Positions 1 to 10,900 of a stretch of DNA of 64,000 bases are shown here, piece after piece. Positions within the stretch are counted from its first letter, which is position 1. Each line of letters opens with the position of its first letter. A program made the position numbers and the translations under genes. The stretch comes from Meyerozyma guilliermondii (taxonomy: Eukaryota): positions 62,001 to 126,000 of the forward strand of contig CP128818.1 in assembly GCA_051546255.1 (NCBI GenBank), in the 5' to 3' direction. The notes under the pieces were generated by a model. It had not been told where the DNA came from, made no database searches, and saw only the letters and a list, made by a program, of their open reading frames with translations.

Positions 1-1
1 A

Positions 2-286
2 TTCGATGGTGTCATTCAAAAAGTCAAAGACGCTGCTCTCGCCGAGAACAAAGTTTTGAGATTTGTCGGTAAAGTGGACTTCAAGAACAACAAGGTGTCG
101 GTGGAAATTGGCAAGTACGGCTTTGACCATCCTTTTGCGTCGCTTAAAGGTAGTGACAATGTTGTGGCTTTCAAGACTGAAAGATATCCCAACCCATTGA
201 TCATCCAAGGAGCCGGAGCCGGAGCCGAGGTGACAGCGCACGGGGTGTTGGCGGACGCCCTCAAGATTGCGGAGAGAATTGCATAA
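2..286 (+). CDS. HOM6: Homoserine dehydrogenase, 3' end (gene starts before the window)
   Basis: Open frame from nt 2 (FDGVIQKVKD...) ending in GSDNVVAFKTERY...PLIIQGAGAGAEVTAHGVLAD, the typical homoserine dehydrogenase C-terminus. Confidence 0.93.
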   Translation, partial: FDGVIQKVKDAALAENKVLRFVGKVDFKNNKVSVEIGKYGFDHPFASLKGSDNVVAFKTERYPNPLIIQGAGAGAEVTAHGVLADALKIAERIA

Positions 287-375
287 AAAAGATAAAGGTA
301 GAATAAATGCAGATTCGATTTTCCGTTTCTCACTTTTTCAGATTTTTCAGTCTTTTACTTTTCGGTTTCATAATT

Positions 376-3300
376 CTAAATATCTACGGGCAACGTTCCC
401 GCTGAGTATTCCTCGTTCCACGCAGTGAGCGCCTCTTTGAATATCATTCGAAGTCTGTTACTGTTGGTACATGTAGCACGAAACGTCATCATCACTTTCT
501 GGGCATCTAGAGTCTGATATTTTATGTGCGCATCAGAATCGGGCATGGTACTCAGTATGGAGTTCAATCTCGCCAAGTGGATATTGTTTGGTGCCAAGAA
601 CAAGTCTCCGTTGTCTCGGAGCTCAACAATATAAGATCCTGTCTTATGAACATACTGAGCATACTTGAAAGATGGGTTTCCCCAACTGTACGTGATTTCT
701 ACCTGCTCTTTCAGAAAGAATAAAGCCGACCGGTTGTCGAGGAAAAAGTCACATTTCTTGAGGAGAAACACATGGTAGTAAAACTTGTTGTTCTGGAGTA
801 TATGTTCGTGGGAAAACTCTTGTTCTGTCCATGGATTTATAGCCAATCTGAGGTCCACGAAAGAGTGAAGTGGTGCAACTTTGGGAAAGGTTCGAATTTC
901 TTTCCACGGAAGCTCCACCAATTTGAGTCCATGGCGCTCACAGAGTCTTGACCAGTTAGTAATAGTATCGTCAATGAGCCTGGCTGTGGTGTTTAGCCAT
1001 TGCAATCTTATATGGTAGCAGTGCTCTGGATTGTGGACTCTATCGTAGTGAACTTTGATAATTTCTGGTCTGAAAGAACGGTTGAGAGGATCCACATTGA
1101 AGTCCACACATCGACTCAAAACGAACTTTGTGGTAGGTGGTTTTTCACTACTGTTTTCCTGTCCGGAATTTGTATGAGGTGACTTTGGGTCGGCAGAAAC
1201 TGAACTTTTTCTGGACTCGGTGGGTGTAGAAGGCTTCTTTTTAAACCACGACTTGTTGCTGCTGGCGGCTCTTGAAGAATGGTCTACGTACCCATCCTCA
1301 AACTCGTAGAAATAGTATCCATCTAAGAAACTGTGCCTGTTTTGCACATGCTTGAACACCCCATTTTTCATCATTTCCTGCCCAAATTTGGTACCTTCTT
1401 CTCTACTATCGATATCGTCCAAATTTTCGATCAACCACGAAACAAGTTGACTTCCCAAAAAACAGTATGGATGTGTAGTAAAGTGCCATGTTCGATCCAC
1501 CAAATTAAGCCCATTGCTTCCCTGTAAAAGCTCTGCAAGGTAGACGAGATCAGTGGACTTATTCAAGCCTTTCACCACCAATTTCCTGGCTCCGCTATAC
1601 TCATTGAGTTCTATATGTCCACTGAGATAATCGTACAAATTTCCCGTGTAAAAATTGATCTCTGGTAAAATTTCTTCCTTCCCACGAGGCTGTTTGTCTG
1701 CTGAATCGATAACTCGTCCTTTTTCAATAAGCGCTATGAGTTTCCGAAGCCCTTCGACTCGGATCTCTTCTTCGGTTAATTTTTCATTTGAGATATAGTA
1801 AGCATTTTTGGGAATGTCTGACGGCATTACCACAAACTTCATCCTGTGGAATCGCTTCATTTCTTGAGGCATAGCATCGTCGTACCCCGCAAGAAGCTGG
1901 TCAAATTGGTTCCAATTAAAACTTGGTGGTTCGGTGTTGATGAAATTGACCAATGAAGGTGAGAAATCGTCAGCGTATCTGGTCCTAATTAATGGCTTAT
2001 AGTCTTGAGCTCGAAAGTCGTGATATCCTAGCCTTATATGATTGGTTTCATTCTTTCGTTTGTGGTACAAATGAATGTGTAAATGCCCATTGACATCGCA
2101 GAGAATCCGGTGGATTTGGTCGTCCAACTGGAGATATATTCTGGTGTCGATACAGTTTCCTTGAGGGTAATATTTGAGAATTTTGTCGGGATTTCCACCT
2201 CTGGCCGTCTCTACTTGCTGCACATGGTCTCCGTAACATATCTGGAATCCTAAGCGTAACCTTAAATTTATCATTTCGTGCATCAAGAGGTAATTGGAGT
2301 CGATGTGGTTCAGATTTTCCCAGTTGAGTAAAACAGTATAGAGCTGGAAGGTGTACTCTTCTTCAAGCTGTGAGGTGGTGGGAAAAGAATCGGTGGTTAA
2401 TGGAAGCAGAGCAGGCGCTTGTAGAGATTTCCAGTTGATTTGTCTTCGTTTGACACCGTGAGGAAAAACGTTTTTCCAGCGACTTTGACGTAAAAACTCA
2501 ACAATGTCAAAATGCAGCTCTTGTGACGGGTTCTTGATCTCTGTCCAGTAGTCCAATCGTTCCATTCTGGACAAATATGGTTGGTTTCGACCCGACGCAT
2601 TTTCCGTTGCCTCGAATTTTTCACCAGAGTCTCTCCACTGGGCCAATTCTTTGCCCTTGAACTCTAACGAAGATCGGAGCAGACTCTCGTGTGGAGACGA
2701 CTGACGGCTTTCTACATCATTTGCAGTCTTTTTGGGTCGTGAAGGTATAATGTGCTGACTTTTTTCGTTTTTCGCAGCCAAATTTTTGACAGGTTCCAAG
2801 TTCAATTTGCTGGAAACGCTTTTCATCGAACGAACAGAAGGTGCTTGTTTCAACGGGTGTTTCAAATCGGGAACCCGATTCAAATAGTACAAGGAATTAA
2901 GCGCCGAAGCTTCAACACCGCCCTGTGCGACGGTACCCAAAACGCTAGAATTGGTGGTTGTGGCATCGAATTTGGCCGTAGAAGCTCTCGTGCCCAAAGC
3001 CACCGATTTGCTGCCTATGAGAGAAAGCGTAGCATTGGCATCTACCGGTCTGGGTAATTTTAATGAAGGAGTTTCTTCCTTGGAAGTTTCATCTTTGGTA
3101 ACATTTGTCTTAAAGACTCCCAAATCGTACCTATCCATAGCCTCGCTAATGGAACGTATATCTCTTTCCACACTGAGACGAGGCACCTTGGCATCATTGA
3201 CTTCGTTTTCCATAACTCCCATCATCTGAAGTTCGTATATCTTGCACCGAGGAATCCAATGATTGGTAAAGTCAGACGACTCTCCAAAGAAGGAAATATC

Positions 3301-4791
3301 ACACCAATGGGGAACACATTGAGAAACAGAGCCGTCTTTGTTTGGGTTTTTAAACCTGAAAAGTGGAACTATATGCAAAGGCGGCTGGCTGAGACTAACT
3401 ATGTCGAGAGCACAGTCCAAATTCATCATTTTTCTGCTTGTTTGTAAAAGCAAATCGTATTCAACGTCAAACACTCCAGTTCCTGGGGTTATAAGTATCA
3501 AGTTGTTGTTGGTGTGTTTCAAATCCGTATCTCTAAACCTGTCAGAGATGTGAACTATTCCCAAATTAATAGCCTCGAGAACATTTCCCTTTACCGCTGG
3601 GAGGGACTGGCCCTCCATGATATACTTTCTGCTGTCTTCAGTCTTGTGGAGCATAATATCTCTTTTAAAATTTGCAAATTCAATTCTCAAATTTCCCATT
3701 ATTCTGTCCCATTGATTGACGTTGACGGTATCCACCACCACCCGAAAATAGTCTCTGCGGTCACTGGGCCGTTCTCCTTGTCCCAAGGATACCCAGGGAA
3801 TATTTGTGAGATCCACACTGGTGAACAATACAATTGAGATGGAATGGTGATCAGCATTGGATCTCCATTTGCGAAATAGTTTGGGGAAAAGTGAATTGAC
3901 CAATTTGTGAAACATGATTTCGCCATTTTCCTCAAAGTGCCACATCTCCCTCGAGATCTGAACCAAAAATGTCATGTGGGCACCTTCAGAACGGAACACT
4001 ATCCGGGTTTGATCGTTGATATAACCAGATGCCTGTTTCTTTCCGTTTCTGTAAATGGCTCGAATGGTTCCACATCTCGTTTCCAAGTAAGAAAGTCTTT
4101 TGTCTACAAACACACAAGTGTTCACCAACGTTGCTGAGAGGTTCCACATTGAGTCTCGTGAGAGATTGATGTCTTTGAGGTACACCTCAACCGTCTCCGC
4201 AACCACACCCGAGGTATCTGAGAGCTTGCAGATTTGCATGAGTGCCCGAGGAGGAAGATCCAAGAGTTTCTGCAATGGGTTTGAAAGGAGCGATATTTGA
4301 GATGGTGGTTTTTTGGTAAATGGTGCATTTTGTGTCAGCGATGTATTCGGCTTGGACTCTTTTGCGGACAGTGACGTTCGAGGAATTGTGAACACAAGCC
4401 GTCGCTGGGGCTTCTTATGTCGACCAATGGGCTCGAGGCGACATATATCTCCGGGATTGAACCCAGGTATGGAAGAACAATCGAAAATGACATCTTCAAC
4501 AGATGTGCTAGCTTCATGGTACCACACGGTTACAACTACCGGTTCAATCTGGCGGTCTGGCTTTGGTACCTCGGTTTCAGGTACGCTGATGTAGTCAATT
4601 GTTGGTTCAGGAAGCAATTCTGGTGAATCAGTGGTCTTGCGTCCGATGGTGATGGTGGTTCCAACTTGTTTTTTCATGGTACTAATCGACGAAGCCGTTG
4701 CAGAAGACACGCTACGATGAGGGTGTAGTCGTGGGGATCTATGCAGCAGCAGCGAGGCATGCTGCATGTTCAACCTTCGAGGCTGTTGCAT
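376..4791 (-). CDS. IML1: SEACIT/GATOR1 subunit Iml1 (DEPDC5 homolog)
   Basis: About 1470-1500 aa ORF with IML1 domain motifs (QISREMWHF, DYFRVVVD, GNVLEAINL), DEP domain (DRTWHF...CFLGSQLVSWL) and HYDRVHNPEHCYHIRLQWL. Start is ATG 4791 or 4878. Confidence 0.92.
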   Translation of the reverse strand: MQQPRRLNMQHASLLLHRSPRLHPHRSVSSATASSISTMKKQVGTTITIGRKTTDSPELLPEPTIDYISVPETEVPKPDRQIEPVVVTVWYHEASTSVEDVIFDCSSIPGFNPGDICRLEPIGRHKKPQRRLVFTIPRTSLSAKESKPNTSLTQNAPFTKKPPSQISLLSNPLQKLLDLPPRALMQICKLSDTSGVVAETVEVYLKDINLSRDSMWNLSATLVNTCVFVDKRLSYLETRCGTIRAIYRNGKKQASGYINDQTRIVFRSEGAHMTFLVQISREMWHFEENGEIMFHKLVNSLFPKLFRKWRSNADHHSISIVLFTSVDLTNIPWVSLGQGERPSDRRDYFRVVVDTVNVNQWDRIMGNLRIEFANFKRDIMLHKTEDSRKYIMEGQSLPAVKGNVLEAINLGIVHISDRFRDTDLKHTNNNLILITPGTGVFDVEYDLLLQTSRKMMNLDCALDIVSLSQPPLHIVPLFRFKNPNKDGSVSQCVPHWCDISFFGESSDFTNHWIPRCKIYELQMMGVMENEVNDAKVPRLSVERDIRSISEAMDRYDLGVFKTNVTKDETSKEETPSLKLPRPVDANATLSLIGSKSVALGTRASTAKFDATTTNSSVLGTVAQGGVEASALNSLYYLNRVPDLKHPLKQAPSVRSMKSVSSKLNLEPVKNLAAKNEKSQHIIPSRPKKTANDVESRQSSPHESLLRSSLEFKGKELAQWRDSGEKFEATENASGRNQPYLSRMERLDYWTEIKNPSQELHFDIVEFLRQSRWKNVFPHGVKRRQINWKSLQAPALLPLTTDSFPTTSQLEEEYTFQLYTVLLNWENLNHIDSNYLLMHEMINLRLRLGFQICYGDHVQQVETARGGNPDKILKYYPQGNCIDTRIYLQLDDQIHRILCDVNGHLHIHLYHKRKNETNHIRLGYHDFRAQDYKPLIRTRYADDFSPSLVNFINTEPPSFNWNQFDQLLAGYDDAMPQEMKRFHRMKFVVMPSDIPKNAYYISNEKLTEEEIRVEGLRKLIALIEKGRVIDSADKQPRGKEEILPEINFYTGNLYDYLSGHIELNEYSGARKLVVKGLNKSTDLVYLAELLQGSNGLNLVDRTWHFTTHPYCFLGSQLVSWLIENLDDIDSREEGTKFGQEMMKNGVFKHVQNRHSFLDGYYFYEFEDGYVDHSSRAASSNKSWFKKKPSTPTESRKSSVSADPKSPHTNSGQENSSEKPPTTKFVLSRCVDFNVDPLNRSFRPEIIKVHYDRVHNPEHCYHIRLQWLNTTARLIDDTITNWSRLCERHGLKLVELPWKEIRTFPKVAPLHSFVDLRLAINPWTEQEFSHEHILQNNKFYYHVFLLKKCDFFLDNRSALFFLKEQVEITYSWGNPSFKYAQYVHKTGSYIVELRDNGDLFLAPNNIHLARLNSILSTMPDSDAHIKYQTLDAQKVMMTFRATCTNSNRLRMIFKEALTAWNEEYSAGTLPVDI

Positions 4792-4929
4792 GACTTTGGC
4801 TAAGTTATGAGGATCAAATGTTCTGCGCGGATTTGGTTTCACTGTGCATGAAAATGTTGCAAAAATTGGGGGAATCATGCATAAATAACTACGTCAAACC
4901 TACATGATGCATATGTCATTATGCATGGG

Positions 4930-5616
4930 CTATATAGATGCTAATACGAATTCCTGTAAGAACCACTGGTGAAATCTGCTGTCTTCTCCCAATTCAGGGT
5001 GGAATGATGTTCCCAAAACTTGTCCTTGACGAACGGCAACGATAAGGCCGGTATCGAGCTTATGGAGCACTTCCAATGGAGATTCATTCTTGTAGTCGAA
5101 CGGAGCCTGTATCACTTTCGAGTCAGTTACATGCTTGTCGGCCGGTGCCTTGGTGACCACCGGTGCTCGTATGAAAATTGTGGGGAAATCGGTGACCCCC
5201 TCGATGAAAGAGGAAAAGTCCAAGTCGGAACTAAAAGATTGAAGCTGTCTTCCAAATGCATTTCGAGTCACCTCGATATCCAAAGCTCCCAAAATAGTCT
5301 GTTCGGGCTTTCCATTAACAAGCTGTTTCGATAAAAAAATCAATCCCGCACAGGTGCCCCACACTGGACGTTCCGACTTGATGAACTCCATAAGTGGCTC
5401 TATAATTCCGGTCCGTTGAGCTATATGAGACATGGCGGTGCTTTCTCCTCCGGGGATCACCAAAGCCTGGCATGTTTTTAACTGGTTGGCCGTTCTGACC
5501 TCTATAAAAGAAAATTCATGGCCCGGAATTTTTTGGGTTGCAGCTTGAAACAACTTTATATGTTCTATAAACGCACCTTGAAGCGCCAATACTCCAACAA
5601 CTATCGCCTGTGTCAT
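4930..5616 (-). CDS. SNO1: Pyridoxal 5'-phosphate synthase glutaminase subunit (Pdx2/Sno)
   Basis: GVLALQGAF, PGGEST, GTCAG and FHPE motifs; first ATG at 5616. Confidence 0.95.
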   Translation of the reverse strand: MTQAIVVGVLALQGAFIEHIKLFQAATQKIPGHEFSFIEVRTANQLKTCQALVIPGGESTAMSHIAQRTGIIEPLMEFIKSERPVWGTCAGLIFLSKQLVNGKPEQTILGALDIEVTRNAFGRQLQSFSSDLDFSSFIEGVTDFPTIFIRAPVVTKAPADKHVTDSKVIQAPFDYKNESPLEVLHKLDTGLIVAVRQGQVLGTSFHPELGEDSRFHQWFLQEFVLASI

Positions 5617-5858
5617 AACCAAGTTGTATGTCGCCAAGGTGTGAGTGTCTCAGATGCCAAGCAGAAAACGCTCACATAATGTTCACCTATGTGCATATAT
5701 GCATCTCGTATGACTCGCTCGCCGAGACTTGCCGATACCGGGTGAAAAATTGACTCGGCGCGGGCCCATTCCCCACTCATTGCTCACATCGTTTCCGATC
5801 CAACTATTAGTCATATATTGTCTATATATCGATTGGTGAACCCTTGCTAGTCATTGAA
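5617..5858. promoter_or_regulatory. Shared bidirectional SNO/SNZ promoter with Gcn4/AP-1-like sites
   Basis: Divergent gene pair; TGACTC at 5711-5716 and 5751-5756, TTAGTCAT at 5807-5814. Confidence 0.6.
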
Positions 5859-6734
5859 ATGTCGTTCAAAGTTAAGGCCGGTTTGGCGCAGATGCTCAAA
5901 GGTGGAGTCATCATGGATGTGGTGACTCCAGAACAAGCGGTGATTGCTGAAAAAGCTGGTGCTTGTGCCGTGATGGCATTGGAACGTATTCCTGCTGATA
6001 TGAGGGCATCGGGTCAGGTTTGCAGAATGTCCGACCCCAAAATGATCAAGTCAATTATGGAGGCCGTTTCCATTCCCGTTATGGCTAAATGCAGAATCGG
6101 CCATAAAGTTGAAGCCCAAATTTTGGAAGCATTGGAGGTGGATTATATTGATGAGTCGGAAGTGTTGACTCCTGCTGACAAGAAACATCACATCAAGAAG
6201 GACCAATACAAAGTACCGTTTGTATGTGGAGCTAAAGATTTGGGAGAAGCGCTTCGTCGAATCAATGAAGGTGCTGCGATGTTGAGAACCAAAGGTGAAG
6301 CCGGTACCGGAGACATTTCCGAAGCAGTTAAGCATATTACGGTTATTCAGGAGCAAATTGACGAGCTTTTGACGAAAGATGAAGCCGGAATTGAACAAGC
6401 CGCCAAGGAAATGAGAGTTCCTGTCGAATTGGTCAAACAACTTGTGGCCGACAAGGGTAAATTTCCCGTGGTCAATTTTGCAGCCGGTGGTGTTGCTACT
6501 CCTTCTGATGCTGCGCTTTGCATGCAGATGGGATGTGACGGAGTTTTTGTGGGCTCGGGTATATTCAAGTCCAAAAACCCAGAAAAGCTTGCCAAGGCCA
6601 TTGTCAATGCAGTTACCCATTATGAAGACCCCAAGAAGATTTTGGAGTATTCTACTGACTTGGGTGAGTTGATGTTCGGTGTGGCTATCGACGGGTTGGA
6701 CGACAAGTCGAGGTTATCCACCCGTGGATGGTAA
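5859..6734 (+). CDS. SNZ1: Pyridoxal 5'-phosphate synthase synthase subunit (Pdx1/Snz)
   Basis: [30 protein letters not shown] and FAAGGVATP motifs; first ATG at 5859. Confidence 0.97.
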   Translation: MSFKVKAGLAQMLKGGVIMDVVTPEQAVIAEKAGACAVMALERIPADMRASGQVCRMSDPKMIKSIMEAVSIPVMAKCRIGHKVEAQILEALEVDYIDESEVLTPADKKHHIKKDQYKVPFVCGAKDLGEALRRINEGAAMLRTKGEAGTGDISEAVKHITVIQEQIDELLTKDEAGIEQAAKEMRVPVELVKQLVADKGKFPVVNFAAGGVATPSDAALCMQMGCDGVFVGSGIFKSKNPEKLAKAIVNAVTHYEDPKKILEYSTDLGELMFGVAIDGLDDKSRLSTRGW

Positions 6735-6790
6735 GCATGTATCTACTAAATAGCAAAATAGTGCCGACTGGCGTTGAAATTTTATTTGAA

Positions 6791-6922
6791 CTGGTAGACT
6801 GACATTGATAACTTTCTGTACTGGCAGACTGACATTGACATTGACGACTTTACTGACCTGGTAGAATGACACTGACGACTTTATAGGTATGTGACATCGA
6901 CAACTTTCTGTACTGGCAGACT
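6791..6922. repeat. Degenerate ~30-nt tandem minisatellite (CTGGYAGACTGACATTGAYRACTTT...), about 4-5 units
   Basis: Units begin near 6791, 6821, 6858 and 6913, in the convergent SNZ1/PEX22 intergenic region. Confidence 0.75.
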
Positions 6923-6995
6923 TAGACTTTAATTAACTTCCTTGATATTGAGCATCGAATATTATCTCCCTTAACATACTGCCTGAATCATGTCC

Positions 6996-7532
6996 CTACT
7001 TCACAAAGTACGGATATATCTTCGAGTAGATATCTTCCTTATTCTGGTCAATGTTGATAATCTCCTTGACAAACCGGTTGATGTCCCGAGGTACAGCCGA
7101 GGTAATGCCCAAATCATCCGAACATACGAGAAGCGTATCTGGTTTCAAGTTCTTGAGAAGGTTAAAGTAGCCCTGAATGTTCTTGCAGTTGAGAAGCTTA
7201 TAGTTCTGGATGAGCGTACGAGGTAACTTGGTAGCCAGCCCATCGTTTTCGTCGCTAATATTACATGCTAAGTCATCCAATGATAAATTTGGAGGAAGAA
7301 TAAACGTCACGTTTTCAGAGTTCATGAGAATATCATTTAGTGGAAGTTGCGAGTTGAGTACCGAGTGCGAAAGCGTCAACGCTACCGACTTATTGGTATA
7401 TTTCTTGCGACTGATTTCCGAGGTTTTTTCTGATGGTTTTAGGTAGTTGTTGTAGATGGAATATGAAACAGCCACGGCAGTCGATACGGCCACCGCTACT
7501 AACCATGCTCTGGGGTTCTTCTTGCGTGCCAT
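6996..7532 (-). CDS. PEX22: Probable peroxin Pex22 (N-terminal membrane anchor)
   Basis: 178 aa; basic N-terminus, one TM helix (AWLVAVAVSTAVAVSYSIY), then a compact alpha/beta domain; size and topology fit Pex22. Confidence 0.6.
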   Translation of the reverse strand: MARKKNPRAWLVAVAVSTAVAVSYSIYNNYLKPSEKTSEISRKKYTNKSVALTLSHSVLNSQLPLNDILMNSENVTFILPPNLSLDDLACNISDENDGLATKLPRTLIQNYKLLNCKNIQGYFNLLKNLKPDTLLVCSDDLGITSAVPRDINRFVKEIINIDQNKEDIYSKIYPYFVK

Positions 7533-7629
7533 TATATGTTAAAAAAGCGAAATTTGGATATTAATTGGTGCAAAACAACCCCTTGGCGATACAATCACCT
7601 TATGTAGACAAGCGGCTCAGAAATGTTGA

Positions 7630-7700
7630 CCCGGCCGCGCGCGACCACGTGACTGCCCCATACTAAGAGCGGCGGGTAACCGCAGGGGCGCGAAATTACC
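7630..7700. promoter_or_regulatory. GC-rich promoter element with Cbf1-type and Reb1-type motifs
   Basis: CCACGTGAC (GTCACGTG on the minus strand) near 7645-7653 and CGGGTAA near 7673-7679, upstream of the PEX22-like ATG. Confidence 0.45.
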
Positions 7701-7959
7701 GACCCAACATCCTGCATCTGCCGATGGAGGGGAATGCAGGAGGCGGAGGGGAGTAGAATCAGGGTAGTTTTACGACTAGAAAATGTGGGGGGGATCACAG
7801 AAATTTAAAAGTGTGACATCTCCCGTTCACAAGCACAAGGTACATTGGTACACCAGTATTAATACAAGACTACACTGAAATATTCGATCATCTTCGCATT
7901 CTATGTATTTTCAGAATTTGCACAGAATTTGCAGCCATGTAGATATTCTTCGAATTTCT

Positions 7960-10900
7960 TCACTCGTCTTCGATATGCTTCAAGCATGTGTTCATCTCGT
8001 CCTCATCCAACGATCTGATATATAAGCACTTGGATAAGAGGTCGTCATTGACGTCAATCTTGTAATTATTTGACCACTCAATGCATTGCGACAACGACTT
8101 GACAATGTATACCGAGGTTCGAAACCGGGAAAAGTTAATCATCTTCTCTTCCAGACCAGACTTGATGGTAGCTGGTCTCTCTGCGTTGAATATCAAATCC
8201 GACAAGTAAAGTCCCACGAATGGAATACAACCTTTTGACGGCTTGATTTGGTTAATACTCAACCTAATGTTCAAAAAGTTTTTCACCGGTGAAGTCAATT
8301 CCTCCAAATTCTTCAAACTCAAGATGTCTCCTGGCAGAAGGTTTTTCCACGTTTCCTTCAAGTGGCCAATTTTCTCCGACGTGAGTGCAAGTAAAATTTG
8401 CATCATGCTGGCGTAATTCTGCATAGCATAACAATGCTGAGCTATATGGATGAATCTGGAAATCAAATGGATCCGCTCACTTTGAGCCTTGGTCAATAAG
8501 ATCTCGGATATCACCCAGTTGACCATCAAGTTGAACCGAGATATCACAAGATTCACACCTTTGTTCTTGTTGTAGTATATTTCGTCAACGATTATCTCGA
8601 GCCAACTGTTGACCGGTGTGAGCTCTTGGCTCCACTTGAGCTCGATGAGCTCCTTCCAGTCGATATCCTTTAACATGTCACTCTCTATGAACGTAAAGTG
8701 CTCAGCCACCGTTTTCGAGTCGTAGTTCAACACAAACGAAACGTGCAAGTTTGCGTTCAAGACGTTCTCCACAGCCAACACTTCGTTGGAGAAAGTATAT
8801 GCTTCCAAGATATCCTTTGGTGAGATTGTTTGGGGACTCGAAGTGCTCAGAGGCATAAACGTGAGAGGCCGGTCGTTCATCATGGGAGTGATTGTCTGCC
8901 GTTTAGCAGTCGATTTCTTGGCGGGAGTCAATGGAGGTTCTTGAGTCACTTCACTCAATGTCGAAACCTCAATAACGTCTCTGGTATCAGCATTATTAAT
9001 TTGCTCCAAAATGTCCTCGGTGTTTTCATAACTGACGTCGGCGCTGACATCCGCAACTTGCTTCTGCCCTTTAGGAGTAGAATCTCCTTCTAGTTTGCGC
9101 AATGCAAAGGTGACTGGGTTGTTGTTCATCGACTCGTCAGGAATCGCTGCAAGTTCTTTCAAAACGTAGTTACTGATTCCCGGAATTGCAACAGAATTGG
9201 TAGAGCTTTCGCTATGACCATTTTCAGTCTTGAACTCACTCGCAAGTTCATTTTCCCCATATTTTCCTTGCATTGAAAAGATCGAACTGTCAGAGATTAC
9301 CAGAGTCACTTTGTTGTGTCTCTGAGCCAAGTTTATCGAGCTCTCAGACGCTTCGGCATCTTGGAAAGGAAGCTCTGTGAGAGCACAGAGAGTACTCATT
9401 CGAATGCTTTTCCTGAGAGAAGATGATCTCGAAAGAAAAGACGCAAACGAAGCAACGTTGGCACGTCTCTCCTCATTGGTCCTAGGAATCCCCACTGCTC
9501 TCAAATTATTGAACCCTTCCATTCTTCTCAAATTTCCATACTCGTCTTCTTTAGAGTGACCGTTGCTGATGGAAAATGCTGAATCGTAGCTGATATACGA
9601 TTTTACCGATCCTCTACTGCTCATTCTCTTTGCTGAGGATCCTCGGGAGTACATGGAAACCCTCCTTCTGTTATCGTTCATACTGATTCTCTTCACCGAG
9701 TCGACCTTACCGCGAGGACTGAGAGCAATTCCCAAGTCTGCTACTTCAGCCTTGTACTGGGTGATGTTGCTGAACGCTGACATAGAAGACCCAGAAGAGC
9801 GAGTGAGCTCTTTAATAGGTTCTGGTAGAGGACTTGTCTCACGCTGTGAAGTGCTGTTCAGTTTTGACATAGATGGCAGTTCTTCGAGGTCCAAGTTCAC
9901 CTCGTCGTTCCAATTAATGCTTGTTGGTCTCCGAAATGATGGGTCTGTGGACCTGAATTCGGGTGTTGGATTGTCGTCATATTCCTCATAGTTAAGAAGA
10001 TTGTCGATCTTGGTGATATTAAGTGAGGAGATGTCATTAATGTCCATGTTGTTTGACGAAGCAGTATCGTTGGGCATGCTTTGGTCGGTCGTCAACTCGT
10101 CACTTGGCAACGGTGGTAATTGTTTGGCAGGTGATCCCAAGGTCCCAAACTGAAACTCATCTTTTTCCAGGTCACTTTCAAAGTTTTCCACAAACGCTGA
10201 GCCGCAGCTTTGTCCTTTTTCGTCGTTGGTATCTTCGATTTCTCCTTCCAATATCGTCTCACGAGCAGGATCATTGTAAACGTAGAACCTAATGAGATAC
10301 TCTAGCTCGTCCACAATTCTAGCACTCAAGATATCTGACCGTGGACCCACAAAAGTTTCTTGTTCTTCCTCGTTCTTTGCAATTCTCTCGCCGGCCTCTA
10401 AAGGTTCCATTTTGGAGTCATGGTGAATAAAAGATTTCTTCCAGCCATCTACAATTTTCTTCATCGATGAGCGTCTGCCAAACTCTTCGTCCTCTGGCGC
10501 CCTAGGTGGTTGCGGCCGTTTCTTTGTGGGAGAATCGAGGTCTTTAATCACGTAGTCCATCTTCTTTACTGGCGTTGGTGGAAGAATAAAGTTGACTCTT
10601 GATGTTGGCAATTTAACTTGTCCATTGGTAGAGAACCCATCCTGATTATAAGTATGAGTGGACTGGATAGTAGTGTCTGCCGACTCGTTTGGAGCTGAAG
10701 TTTTCTTGAGGCCCACGGAGGAGTCTTTCAATGTCATATGATTATGTCGGGTTGTCTTTTGAAGAGGCTTTCTCTGAGCCGGCAATGAGGATTGTGCTTG
10801 AAGCTGACGAACTTTATCGTTTATAGAAATGCGAGATGATTGGTGCTGAAGGAGTAAGGTATTAACTGAAAATTGAGGATTCTCGCTTCCGGCGGTGTTT

